DNA of 63,588 bases, counting the filler, from Octopus bimaculoides (taxonomy: Eukaryota), in assembly GCF_001194135.2 (NCBI RefSeq). It is 8 parts of 7 records of this genome, joined end to end, with 100 filler letters (N's around TTAATTAATTAA, not from the genome) between each part and the next. Parts side by side here need not be neighbours in the genome. Positions count along the whole stretch, not along the records: positions 16,461 to 40,888 come from NC_068985.1; positions 40,989 to 43,102 come from NC_069009.1; positions 43,203 to 44,589 come from NW_026338961.1; positions 44,690 to 46,663 come from NW_026414712.1; positions 46,764 to 60,446 come from NC_068985.1; 3 more parts are not named here. One strand, written 5' to 3'. Below the pieces are notes generated by a model that was not told where the DNA came from, made no database searches, and saw only the letters and a list, made by a program, of their open reading frames with translations. A program made the position numbers and the translations under genes. How positions within the stretch are numbered: position 1 is the stretch's first letter; each line of letters begins with the position of its first letter. Shown here piece after piece: positions 37,324 to 50,173 of this stretch.

Positions 37324-40107
37324 NNNNNNNNNNNNNNNNNNNNNNNNNNNNNNNNNNNNNNNNNNNNNNNNNNNNNNNNNNNNNNNNNNNNNNNNNNNNN
37401 NNNNNNNNNNNNNNNNNNNNNNNNNNNNNNNNNNNNNNNNNNNNNNNNNNNNNNNNNNNNNNNNNNNNNNNNNNNNNNNNNNNNNNNNNNNNNNNNNNNN
37501 NNNNNNNNNNNNNNNNNNAGTATCTGTATCGATTAAATATTTACAATTTTAAATATACAATAAAAATTTGATCATATTTACAATGTTCGATTGAAGCATT
37601 GCTCATTACAGATGCAATTTGTAATGGCTTTCCTGAAGGATAGGCATCCGACCACCAAGGTAGACCCCTTGCTATTTCTTTCCCTTGTTTTTGGCTCCCA
37701 CTTACCTGGTGCCAAACATTCCCAGCTTCCTCGCCACAGGCTTCCATCTTCTCATGAATGTCTCGTGACAGACACCTCTTCTCCAGCCTGATCTTACTAC
37801 TGAGGTGGTAACAAAAAAAGTTAACTAACCCCTGGCCAGATACAAAGGTATCCATCACTATGCCTCATACACGCGTCTTACCACAAGGCCACCCTTTAAA
37901 AAGTAGGATGGTCATGACTGGAATACCTTTGTTCATAGATTTGCACAATGAAGGTTGACCTGAGGCTAAACATCAACGACAACAATAACAGCCAAGCTTG
38001 CAGTATTAAATTCATTTCTACCCTTGTGGAAAGTTACCTACAATAGACAAGTACTTATCCAGAGAAATTGTCTCCCACCTTTGTGCAATAACAACTGGAG
38101 ATAATAAGCAGCCCAATGAATTACAGAGTACCATGAAAGGAATATATTTGATGATAGTCAGGACAGCTGTCTTCAATTTATTCTTCATACAAATAATGAT
38201 AATGAGCTGTAGATTCTTATCTTCAAATTTGTGTGTATGTATGTGTACATGTGTATGTGTGAGTGTGTAAATGTAATTAGAATCCTACTACTCACTTTTG
38301 ACCTGACAATAATTCAAACAGTCTAGTGTGCTGTATTTGAATTAGTATCCAATGAAGCACGTTTCAAATTATTTGTGAGCATGCTGTTACAAGTTTTAGT
38401 GAACTTATACGATTCATTTAGCTTCTGTTTTTGTTTTTACTTGTTTCAGTCATTGGACAGCGGCCATACTGGAACACTGTCTTCAAGGGTTTAGTAAAAC
38501 AAATTTCCCCCAGTACTTATTTGAAGTCTTGTACTTATTCTAACAAAGTTACAGGGGTGATAAGCAAACCAACACCAGTTCTTAAAAAGTAGTGGAGGAC
38601 AAGCGCACACGTATGGGTGTGAGATGGGCTTTCACACGGTTTTTGTCTACAAAATTCACTCACAAGGCATTGGTCAGCCCAAGGCTATAGTAGAAGATAC
38701 ATACCCAAGGTGCCGCACAGTGCGACTGAACTCAAAACTATGTGTTTGTAAAGCTATCTTCTTCAATCTGGATAATTTTAATTTGTTAAACATCATGCTG
38801 GAACTATAAAACTATAATTTACCTTTGTTGTGACCACAATTAGGCAGTGGATAGGCAGAATCATTAGAGCATCAGGCAAATGTTTTGTGGCATATGGATA
38901 TGGCTTCAGCATTCTGATGAGTTAAGATCCTGTTGAAGTCAATTTTACCTTTCATCTTTCTAGTGTTGCTAAAATAAAGTACCAGTTTTATATGGAACCC
39001 AGTACTTGTTTGTACTTTACTAAAGTTTTTAATTGTGTCAGTGAATGAAAACAATAATGTATAATAATTCTTTCTACTATAAGCACAAAATCTTAAATTT
39101 TCTGGGGAGGGGACCAGTCAATTACATTGACCCCAGTGCTGAACTGGTACTTTTTTTATTGATACCAAAAGGATGAAAAGCAAATACAACTTTGATAGGA
39201 TTTGAACTCAGAACAGAGAAATTGATAAAATGCCACTAATCATTCTGTCCAGAGTGCTAACAAATCTACCAACTCACTACCTTACAATAACATATAATGA
39301 CTTTATTTATAATAATTGCATTTAAAATACCCACATGGCCTGAAATTTTAAGGGAAGGTGTCAGTCGATTAAAAGGGCCCCAGTAGCTGACTGATACTTT
39401 ATTTTATTGGCCCCAAAAAGGATAAGTTAACTTTGATATGATTTGAACTCAAAATATATGAACCAGAAGAAATACCAATACTATTACAATTCCATCAATC
39501 CATCTACCAAATATTGTCAATAATAAAACCTAACATTGTGTTCCTATCAGAGCATGCTAGCTGCTTATATATATANNNNNNNNNNNNNNNNNNNNNNNNN
39601 NNNNNNNNNNNNNNNNNNNNNNNNNNNNNNNNNNNNNNNNNNNNNNNNNNNNNNNNNNNNNNNNNNNNNNNNNNNNNNNNNNNNNNNNNNNNNNNNNNNN
39701 NNNNNNNNNNNNNNNNNNNNNNNNNNNNNNNNNNNNNNNNNNNNNNNNNNNNNNNNNNNNNNNNNNNNNNNNNNNNNNNNNNNNNNNNNNNNNNNNNNNN
39801 NNNNNNNNNNNNNNNNNNNNNNNNNNNNNNNNNNNNNNNNNNNNNNNNNNNNNNNNNNNNNNNNNNNNNNNNNNNNNNNNNNNNNNNNNNNNNNNNNNNN
39901 NNNNNNNNNNNNNNNNNNNNNNNNNNNNNNNNNNNNNNNNNNNNNNNNNNNNNNNNNNNNNNNNNNNNNNNNNNNNNNNNNNNNNNNNNNNNNNNNNNNN
40001 NNNNNNNNNNNNNNNNNNNNNNNNNNNNNNNNNNNNNNNNNNNNNNNNNNNNNNNNNNNNNNNNNNNNNNNNNNNNNNNNNNNNNNNNNNNNNNNNNNNN
40101 NNNNNNN

Positions 40108-40345
40108 TATATATATGTATGTATGTGTGTTTGTGTGTCTGTGTTTGTCCCCCCACCATTGCTTGACAACCGATGCTGGTGTGTTTATGTCCCCTGTAAC
40201 TTAGCAGTTCGGCAAAAAGAGACCGATAGAATAAGTACTAGGCTTACAAAGAATAAGTCCTGGGGTCGATTTTCTCGACTAAAGGCAGTGCTCCAGCATG
40301 GCCACATTCAAACGACTGAAACAAGTAAAAGAGTAAAAGAGTATA
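40108..40345 (+). mobile_element. SINE family C, 3' half
   Basis: Consensus tail after a gap. Confidence 0.8.
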
Positions 40346-40389
40346 TATACACACACACACACACACACACATAATACACACACACACAT

Positions 40390-40888
40390 ACAAGGGGGTA
40401 CCCAAAAGAAATCAGAATTTTGCAATATTTTTATCACTTAGTTTTACATGTTTACACTTTTATTGCCTTCAGGCACCTTTTCCACTATTCAAAGAAATGC
40501 TGGAACTCTTGCACAGTGATGCCTTTTAACACCTCCATTGTTTTTTTCTTCACCACTTCCACATCTACAAATTCCATAGCACCAGCTTTTGTCACCAGTG
40601 ATGACCTTCAAAAAAAAAAAAAAAAATCTGGATCAATTTCCAACTGTTCTTTCAGTTCATAACACACATTCATTCATGACTGCTTTTGATTTTCCATGAG
40701 CAAGCGAGGCACAAATTTTGCTGCAACTCCTTTCATTTGCAATTCCTCATTCAAAATTCGTTCGCAGGAACTCTAAGACACACCAGTCATATCAGCAAGT
40801 TTGTCAATTATTCAGTGACAGACCTCCAAGATCATTTCATGAATTTTCATAATGTTTTCATTCGTTCAGGAGGGCAACAGTTGTACTG
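40390..40888 (-). mobile_element. internally deleted mariner-like element
   Basis: TIR-like CAAGGGGGTACCCAAAAG (related end at ~29450) and KFVPRLL-like relic. Confidence 0.5.
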
Positions 40889-41646
40889 NNNNNNNNNNNN
40901 NNNNNNNNNNNNNNNNNNNNNNNNNNNNNNNNTTAATTAATTAANNNNNNNNNNNNNNNNNNNNNNNNNNNNNNNNNNNNNNNNNNNNCTGGTTTGAAGT
41001 GTATCACGGAAGGGCTGTTTGGAGGCCCAACCTTCTGAGTTCTGTTACAGGGCTTTGAAAAAAAAACTGAAGGACCGTGAATCTGAAAGGGGAAAATGTT
41101 GAATAAAATAATAATTAACTGATCCTCCTGTATTTTCTTTAACCCAAAGCCAGGAACTTTTCAGCACCCACCTCGTACACACCCAACCACAGAACACTAC
41201 ATTGCACCACACCACAATACACAAGACAGTACACCTCCACACAACACTACCACCCACACACTATATTCCTCTCACCACTCTGCACCATAGCTCCTTCCTC
41301 TGTATTTTCACTACTCTCCCACCTATTGCCATATGTTCCCTAAGGATACGACTTACTGCCATATTTCTGTCTCCCTTATTAAAACAATGATAATTATTCA
41401 CAAACAGCAGAGAAAATTGCTTTTTAGAAAATCTTTAACGATTTGACTAATTAATTTCTAAAATGACATCTGTATGTATATGTGTAATTGTTTGTATGTG
41501 TGTGTGTGTGTGTGTGCATTGAGTCTAGTGTATATGTGTATGTGTAGGCGTATGTGAACATATATGCGTATGTGTATCTATATATGAGAGTGAGGGTAAA
41601 ACTATGTTATATGTGTGTATGTGTGTGATTATATGAACATCTGTGA

Positions 41647-41677
<31 letters not shown>

Positions 41678-41766
41678 GATATGTGTGTGAATGTGTGTGT
41701 GTATAAGTTTATGTGCACATGCATATGTATGTATACATGTATGTGTATATATATATATACACATAC

Positions 41767-41820
<54 letters not shown>

Positions 41821-42159
41821 AATGAAATGAGACAACAAAGCCAAGGCTGTATAGAATTTTTAGGACATTTATAAAGAGAAAGTTAGTCTTACAGCTGTTT
41901 CTGGGAAATTAATAATGTCAACGCTTTTTCCTGACCATGTATGCCTGACTGTCCAAGTAAGGAGCCTTGTAACTTAAATAGCATAGGGTTTCATTTGACA
42001 CTGGTGACAATACATTTTTTTCATACACAAATTTAGTGTTTGAGTATTGCTGTTTCATAAAGTGATCTCGAAACAGCTGTAGAACAAATCCAGCTCCCAG
42101 CAGAGTCCTTTAAGACATGCATAGTATGACAACACAGTTCTTCATACATACATGTAATG

Positions 42160-42700
42160 CAGGGATTGGCGAACCAGGGTAAATTTGCGAACCCCAAAAT
42201 GAAATTTTGGGGGTGCAACGAGAACTCATAAATAAAATTATATAATAAATGTGTTCCTTGTTACGACAGACATTTTTCTACTGGAATAAGGAGGCAGTCA
42301 AGAAGTTGCTGCCTTTTACAACAACCTACCTTTGCAAACAAGGATTTTCCACTCTAATGAACATAAAAACAAAGCAGAGTAATCGATTGGACCCCAAAGA
42401 CTGTATCCAAATTGCTCTGGCATCAAATTGTCCCAGATTTGATGTAATTTTAACAGAAATGAAACAACATCATTTCTCCAAAACTTGAAATGAAAAAATT
42501 TCTAGAAAAATCCTTTTGTTTCGTAATGAGGATATTAATTTATTTTCTCGCATCTGTTTTATACTTTTCACATTTATAACTGTATTCTCCATATAAATAG
42601 ACTTAATAAACATTTCAAATCAAGGGATCAATGATACTCTTCCTTTCAAATCAAGAGGGGGGTGGGTAACATCAGCATAAATAAATATTTTGGGGTAATT
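42160..42700 (+). mobile_element. hAT (Buster/Charlie-like) deletion derivative
   Basis: TIR CAGGGATTGGCGAACC; KLLPFTTTYLCKQGFSTLMNIKTKQSNRL is the hAT C-terminal dimerization motif. Confidence 0.8.
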
Positions 42701-42709
42701 GTTTTTTTT

Positions 42710-42945
42710 TTTACTTGTTTCAGTCATTTGACTGTGGCCATGCTGGAGCACCGCTTTTAGTCGAGTAAATCAACCCCAGGTCTTATTCTTTGTAAGCCTA
42801 GTACTCATTCTATGGGTTTCTTTTGCCGAACTGCTAAGTTATGGGGACGTAAACACACCACCATCTATTGTCAAGCGATGTTGGGGGGTACAAACACAGA
42901 CACACAAACATATACACACACACATACATACATATATATATTACA
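42710..42945 (-). mobile_element. SINE family C, 3' half
   Basis: Reverse complement of the consensus tail. Confidence 0.8.
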
Positions 42946-43783
42946 AATAAAAGGGTAAAGGATTATTAATTTATTAATAAATTAATAATTAATAATTTTT
43001 ACCAAGCCCTTCGGTATGTAAACACCATTATCGGTGAAGAACTTAGCTGCTATTTCTGAACTTCGGTATGTGGTGAAGCAACTGTTGCTGATCCCTTAAT
43101 TANNNNNNNNNNNNNNNNNNNNNNNNNNNNNNNNNNNNNNNNNNNNTTAATTAATTAANNNNNNNNNNNNNNNNNNNNNNNNNNNNNNNNNNNNNNNNNN
43201 NNTAAATGCAGTAACCGGTCATTGACTTTGTTGGAAGTTTGTCACCAGTAGAAGCTATTGTTTACCGAATCTGATAGATATGATATAGTAAATAAGTGCT
43301 GATGAAATAACTTGCACATAACATTGAATTCAATTAATTTAATAACTATAATTGATTATGTAATTATCATATAGCTGATAATGTTTATAAGTGGGTCTAG
43401 GAAATAGCTGTAGAACAAAATAGGAAACTCTTGAAATATCATTGAAGTCATTTGTTTTGTATTCTTACAAAAATGTATTCTGTGTATATAATTGAAATTT
43501 GCATTTCACATTGAAATTGGATACAGTGTTAATGTAATGGTTATTTCATTATGATGGTTTATTGAATATAGTTGTTAGCTAATATGTAATATAGGGTATA
43601 AGTTCTGGAAAAGATTATAATTAAATCTGATTGCTTGTCATGTGATTTGTTTAAGAAATGTTCATGCATTGAAGTAAATTGAAAGAAGTCAAAATTGTTT
43701 ATTTGAACAAGATATTTTCCATTTCAGATTGAATATTTGAAACCCTCTCTCGCCTGGTTACTTTATTGACACCAAGACTAGAG

Positions 43784-44589
43784 ATGTTGTTACACCTGTG
43801 TCTTTTACTGACTTTCTTCCATTGCTATTTAAGTGAAGATATCTCATACCATGTTAAAGAAGAGAATAGTCCCTACACATACGTAGGGGACATTGCTACT
43901 GACTTAGAGAAATCAGATAATTCCTTCTTAAAAAATAAGGATTTGATTACGTTTAGTCAACTCCAACAAAAGGGAGAACAGTTGTTCAATGTGACGAAAA
44001 CAGGTAAACTGTACACTGTTCAGACATTGGATGCTGAGTCTGTGTGTAGTTATGAGAAAGAATGTTTTGAAATCGTAAAAGTTGCTGTTCACAAATCCAA
44101 GATATTTATGAAGATCTTAAAGATTAAAGTCATAATAGAAGACATCAATGATCACCAACCAGAATTTCCTGAGAAAGAAATTACTCTACATTTTAGGGAA
44201 GGAGATGGTAGAGGTATGAAGAAAGCTATACCGCATGCTGTTGATAAAGACATGAGTCATGAAAACAGCTTTATAACATATGAATTGGAAAAGGATAATG
44301 GACATTTTTCATTAAGTGTTTCCAAAGAAGATGATGGATTATCAACACTAAGAATTATTTTAGAAGAGAAATTAGATAGAGAAAAAACAGACAGTTACAA
44401 TATTGAAGTCATTGCAAAAGATGGAGGAACTCCACCAAAATCATCCATTTTAAATGTTAAAATATCTGTAGAAGATGAAAATGATAATCCACCGCAATTT
44501 TCCCAACGTGTGTACAATGTCTCTATTGAACACAAACACAAAAAGAATATTCCAGTAGTCACATTATCTGCCAGTGATTTAGACATTGG
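43784..44589 (+). CDS. PCDH: protocadherin, 5' part of the large ectodomain exon (truncated by gap)
   Basis: Acceptor ttttccatttcag at 43727; signal peptide MLLHLCLLLTFFHCYLS; EC1 with CSYEKEC and DINDHQPEF; EC2 with AVDKD, LDRE, DGG and DENDNPPQF; EC3 start SASDLDIG. Family-level symbol only. Confidence 0.92.
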
Positions 44590-44765
44590 NNNNNNNNNNN
44601 NNNNNNNNNNNNNNNNNNNNNNNNNNNNNNNNNTTAATTAATTAANNNNNNNNNNNNNNNNNNNNNNNNNNNNNNNNNNNNNNNNNNNNTATGATGCACC
44701 TGTAACCACTACAGAAATATTAAGATGTCTTTCCTCTCTCCTCTCTATGTTTTAATGTTACTGTA

Positions 44766-44802
<37 letters not shown>

Positions 44803-44812
44803 NNNNNNNNNN

Positions 44813-45495
44813 AGTAAAGTGTTTGAACGAGTGGTAAGATCAGGGATGGCTGACATCCTGGAGCTCCACAAACTCCTAAATGCAAATCAGCATGGCTTTC
44901 GCTGTGGCAGCGACTGTCTAACACAGCTCTTACACCACATTGAAGATATACTTAAAGCCTTGGGAACAGGTTCGAACTCTGATGTCATATATCTTGACTT
45001 CAGTAAAGCCTTCGACAGGGTTGACGATAATATACCTTACTCTCAAAATTGGCAAATGTTGGAATCCGTGGGAAACATCTACACTGGATTAAGTATTTCC
45101 TGGCGAATAGAACACATGTTGTGGTCAATGGAGTCTACTCAAGCCCAGAAAAAGTCACCAGTGGTGTCCCTCAGGGGACTGTCTTGGGCCCGATCCTCTT
45201 TATAATTTACATAAACGACATTTCCAGCGTCGTAAATCATTGCAAAGTGAAAATATTTGCTGATGACACTAAGCTCCAGAAAATCATCAATGAAGAAGAA
45301 GACCGAACTCAACTCCAGTCTGATCTATATGCTGTGAGTCAATGGGCAGGCAAAAACAAGATGCAACTAAACGAGGGAAAATTTGCGCTGATGCATTTTG
45401 GAAGAAAGTCTATACTAAAACAGCCATACTCCCTTCTTTCAGGGGAGCCGCTCACAGCCTCTAATAATATCAGAGACCTTAGTGTAATTGTCACT
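44813..45495 (+). mobile_element. CR1/Jockey-group LINE reverse transcriptase fragment
   Basis: QHGFR...YLDFSKAFDRV / frameshift / SGVPQGTVLGPILFIIYIND...FADDTKL. Confidence 0.9.
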
Positions 45496-45544
45496 GTTGG
45501 AGAACTGAAAAAATGCCTCAAGACTGGACTGATACCATTTTAGT

Positions 45545-46030
45545 CTCCTTGCATAAATACCCTCCTCGGAGTTTCGAAAAATGTGTGACAACACAACAGC
45601 AATGTATATTGCAAAGAGGGCGGGTGCATCAAGGTATCCTTTCTTTACTCCATTTTCCACGGCAAAAGATTTAGAGAGCTTACCACCAATATTAACTCTA
45701 GCCTTCATATCTTGATGCAAAGCCCTGATCATATTTACAAATTTTTCTGGGCAACCTATTTTCCTTAGAATTAGCCACAGAGCATTTCGATTTACAGTAT
45801 TGAATGCTTTGCTCAAATCAACAAAGCAATGATATAGGGCAAGATTCTGTTCAATACACTTTTCTTGAAAGTGTCTGATTGTAAAGGTACAGTCACCCTT
45901 GGAAGAGTGAAAACCACACTGAAACTCAGAAACCATATTTGGAACTATGAAAGTATTTAAACGTTCTAAAAGAATGCAGGCAAGTACCTTTCCATTCACA
46001 GACAAAAGCGAAATCCTATGAAAATTACAT
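45545..46030 (-). mobile_element. RTE-clade LINE reverse transcriptase fragment
   Basis: RISLLSV.GKVLA.ILLERL...QCGF...FVDLSKAFNTVNR.ALW.IL.K.GCPEKF...GVKKG. Confidence 0.9.
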
Positions 46031-46567
46031 ATATGAAAGAATTTTAACACAAAAAGATGGAATAAACAGGTTTTATTACAAATCACTCCAAATGTTTCAT
46101 AGCCTCATTATCAGTTGCTATTTGCTGAATCTTATATTTGTTGAACACATTATTGCATTAATATGATTCAATGATAGCTGTATACGTCCAAGTTTTCAGC
46201 TGAATAAGGTCCAAAGTACTGCTAGATATTTTTAGTCTACTTGTTTTCTACCGATACCATGATAATTGTAACATCTCGTTGATAAAGAAAATACGGAAAT
46301 AGAAAGGGCTACAAATAAGAAAAAATACCCACAATAAATTAGTGGAAATAAAGAATATAAAATAAACTCTGTATTCTTTCCATGCCATTTGTCTGAATTT
46401 TTAGGAAAACAAAGGGACATTGTAAGATAATTATGTAAAATGATAAATGTTACCTCTTCAATGTAAAACAGTGACATAGGGTTACTTAGCACAGCAGAAA
46501 ACCAAAACTTATCAGCTTACAGACTTACTGTAAGCTGGATAGAATTCAGTTATCAATTAATTGATCG

Positions 46568-46603
<36 letters not shown>

Positions 46604-46629
46604 CTCAATCAACCTATCTGTCTGTCTGC

Positions 46630-46663
<34 letters not shown>

Positions 46664-46827
46664 NNNNNNNNNNNNNNNNNNNNNNNNNNNNNNNNNNNNN
46701 NNNNNNNTTAATTAATTAANNNNNNNNNNNNNNNNNNNNNNNNNNNNNNNNNNNNNNNNNNNNGCGTTTAAATTAGTTTCAAGATTCACATATTGACGGC
46801 ATAAATAATACAAAGCTGTATCAATGA

Positions 46828-47196
46828 TTCTGAGTTCAAATTCCGCCGAGGTCGACTTCGCCTTTCTTCCTTTCGGGGTCGATAAATTAAGTACCAGTTA
46901 CGCACTGGGGCCGATGTAATCGACTTAATCCCTTTGTCTGTCCATGTTTGTTCCCCCTGTGCTTAGCCCCTTGTGGGCAATAAAAAAATAAGAAACGTTA
47001 GCACGCCGGTTGAAATGCTTAGCAGTATTTCGTTTGTCTTTACGTTCTGAGTTCAAATTCTACCGATACCGAGGTCGACTTTGCCCTTCATCCTTTCGGG
47101 GTCGATAAATTAAGTACCAGTTGCGTACTGGAGTCGACCTAATCGACTGGCCCCCTCCCCCAAAATTTCGAGCTTTGTACCTAGAGTAGAGAAGGA
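46828..47196 (+). mobile_element. two tandem family B SINEs with different 3' tails
   Basis: Repeated GTTCTGAGTTCAAATTC...GAGGTCGACTT core at ~46828 and ~47045. Confidence 0.8.
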
Positions 47197-47682
47197 TATT
47201 TGTCGCATCCAACGGATGTCGTTTCAAATACAGAATTACTTCTCACCAAGTGTCTTGCTGCTACAGGAGATATCATTTCCACCTATTTTATAATTGATTT
47301 ATTTATAAATTTCCGTGTGAGATTCCCTTCACAGCGGTGATCTTTGTGACGTCTCTTAAACAGTGTTAGAAGGTAATTTTTCATTCTAAATGGAAAGAGT
47401 GGTTAATGCATATTAATTTCATTAGCAAGTACAGAGCATTATAAATGCCACAGACTTGAAACTCCATCTGTTGTTGTAACAAGACAATTTTTAATACTTA
47501 TTCCAACAACAAATTCAGAACTACGAAAGTGACATTTAACTTAGCATTTAACTAAGGCAAAAGTGACATTTAATCTAGCATGAATATTCATTTAATCTAG
47601 CATGAATATTCATAGTCCCTCGAATGCTGGAATTTGGAATCAATAACTTCAAGAAAGAAAAACATTTTAAATTTAAAATAAT

Positions 47683-48267
47683 AGGCGCAGCCGTGGCTGT
47701 GTGGTAAGAATCTTGCTTCCAAACCACATGGTTCCGGGTCCAGTCCCACTGCATGACACCTTGGGCAAGTGTCTTATACTATAACCTCGGGCCGAACAAA
47801 TCCTTGTGAGTAGATTTGGGATCGAAACTGAAATAAGCACATCGTATATATATATATATAAATATATATATATTGTTTCTTTATTTCACCGTTTCGTTTT
47901 CCTGTCTTGTTTTCCGTCCGCCACTACCCTCCACGAAAACAATTTAATCTGTGTTCGTGGGAAGAACCATTTTAACGATGCGTACTGCTTTGATTCTTCG
48001 AAATGCCGGAGTTTTNNNNNNNNNNNNNNNNNNNNNNNNNNNNNNNNNNNNNNNNNNNNNNNNNNNNNNNNNNNNNNNNNNNNNNNNNNNNNNNNNNNNN
48101 NNNNNNNNNNNNNNNNNNNNNNNNNNNNNNNNNNNNNNNNNNNNNNNNNNNNNNNNNNNNNNNNNNNNNNNNNNNNNNNNNNNNNNNNNNNNNNNNNNNN
48201 NNNNNNNNNNNNNNNNNNNNNNNNNNNNNNNNNNNNNNNNNNNNNNNNNNNNNNNNNNNNNNNNNNN

Positions 48268-48298
<31 letters not shown>

Positions 48299-48510
48299 GG
48301 GTGGTATTTTTGTGTCTCTATCTCCCACCATCATTTGACAACCGATGCTGGTGTGTTTACGTCCTCGTACCTTAGCAGTTCGGCAAAAGAGAGCCGATAG
48401 AATAAGTACTAGGCTTACAAAGTATAAGTTCTGGGGTCGATTTGTTCGACAAAAGGCGGTGCTCCAGCATGGCCGCAGTCATATGACTGAAACAGGTAAA
48501 AGAATAAAAG
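47683..48510 (+). mobile_element. SINE family C interrupted by other sequence and a gap
   Basis: Head at 47683-47850, tail at 48300-48510. Confidence 0.75.
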
Positions 48511-48617
48511 ACTATTTCCTGAAAGACATTCCACAGGACGTCAATAATCACTTTGTCGTCGCGCAAGTCACCGGTCAGTCCCAATAGTGATGATTATTTT
48601 ATGGGGCCTCTCATTAC

Positions 48618-48932
48618 TGTGGTTCTTAGCGGTTAAGGTGTTCGGCTTATGATCTTAAGGTCGTAAGTCCTATTCCCGGTGGTGCGTTGTATCCTTGTGT
48701 AAGACACTTTATTTCACATTGCGCCAATCCAGTCAGTTGTCAAAAATGAGTAGTATCTGTGTTTCAAAGGGCCAGCCTTATCCCATTCTGTGTCACGTTG
48801 AATCTTCCTGTAAACTATGTTAAGATGATGCGTGTCTGTGAAGTACTCAGCCACATCAATGTTAATTTCACGAACAGGTTGTTCCGTTGATTCGTTCAAT
48901 TAGAACATTCGTCATCATAACCGACACAATGA
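48618..48932 (+). mobile_element. tRNA-derived SINE, family A tail with CORE-like middle
   Basis: Shares the 3' half with 26399-26781; GTATCCTTGTGTAAGACACTTTATTTCAC is a CORE-like segment. Confidence 0.7.
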
Positions 48933-49944
48933 CATATCTATTTGGATTTTAGGGAATATACAGAATACATGTTTGTATTTCTCGGGTGGTTTTCCATTTG
49001 AATCGATAGTAAATTGAAACAGGGCTTGGAAAGAAGGATACAAATCACTCTCATCTCCGTCATTGGAATGATGCCCTCCATGAAATAATTATTTCGGGAA
49101 AATGTCATCAAGTCTTATATAATGTTATCTGAAATATCTGTAGAAAACTCATGAATAAATAAAATTTCCTTAAGTGGAGATATTATTAATATTTTAGCAC
49201 TTTTTAACACCTAATAAAATTACTTATCAGCTCCAAAATAATCGCTAAATATGTAACTAAAACTATCAGACTATGTGCCCATCCAAACTACAAAATTTGC
49301 CTTAATTTTATTTAAGAATAGATGTCTACCGTAAAGAACCATTTCACTTGCTATAGAATGACTGTCCATTGTCAACAAATACTAGATCCCAGTACCAAGC
49401 AAATATTCGTTAATGACATTTGGAGTTATGACCAGCAAATATATTTTCAAAATACCAACTCTTCTCATATTGCAAAACTTCTGGCAAATACAGATAATTA
49501 AATAAAATGTTTTTTTACTAACAAATACCAGCCACAACTAAATAATTCATTATCTGTTATGTAACTAAAACAGCTAGTCAAAGGGTGCATTCAGCAGCGC
49601 TGCAACATAATTGGTATTTAAATTTTAAAATCTCGTGCATAAAACAACTAATCAATATGTTATATTCACCAACGACTGTTGGGCGTTATACTATAAATCT
49701 TCGTTTGTTTTCACTAGATATATAGATAATTATCAACATCAATTATTTCACTAACTTTTCTGAAAATCACAAAATTGTGAAACCAGAAGCTTTATGTAAT
49801 TCTAGAAAGTCTTTAAGTCCATTTTCAACTTTATATGAGATTGTTTCGATGTAGGATGTATATTGAAAGAAAATAATTTTGAAACACACACACACACACA
49901 TATATATGTATGTATATACAAACACACACACACACATATACTCT

Positions 49945-50173
49945 TTTTTTTTTACTCTTTTACTTGTTTCAGTCATTTGACTGCGGCCATGCTGGAGCAC
50001 CGCCTTTAGTCGAGCAAATCGACCCCAGGACTTATTGTTTGGATGCCTAGTACTTATTCTATCGGTCTCTTGCCGAACTGCTAAGTTACGGGGACGTAAA
50101 CACACCAGCATCGGTTGTCAAGCGATGTTGGGGGGACAAACACAGACACACAAACATACACACACACACACAC
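49945..50173 (-). mobile_element. SINE family C, 3' half
   Basis: Near-consensus copy with CpGs retained. Confidence 0.85.

Noticed and set aside
37698-37712. ACTTACCTGG resembling the U1 snRNA 5' end
   Set aside because: Only 10 nt match; it is just the reverse complement of a consensus splice donor
46232-46492. 86-aa minus ORF with a TM-like stretch (also 57799-57996)
   Set aside because: AT-rich non-coding DNA readily gives F/L/I-rich ORFs; no motif or splice-phase support
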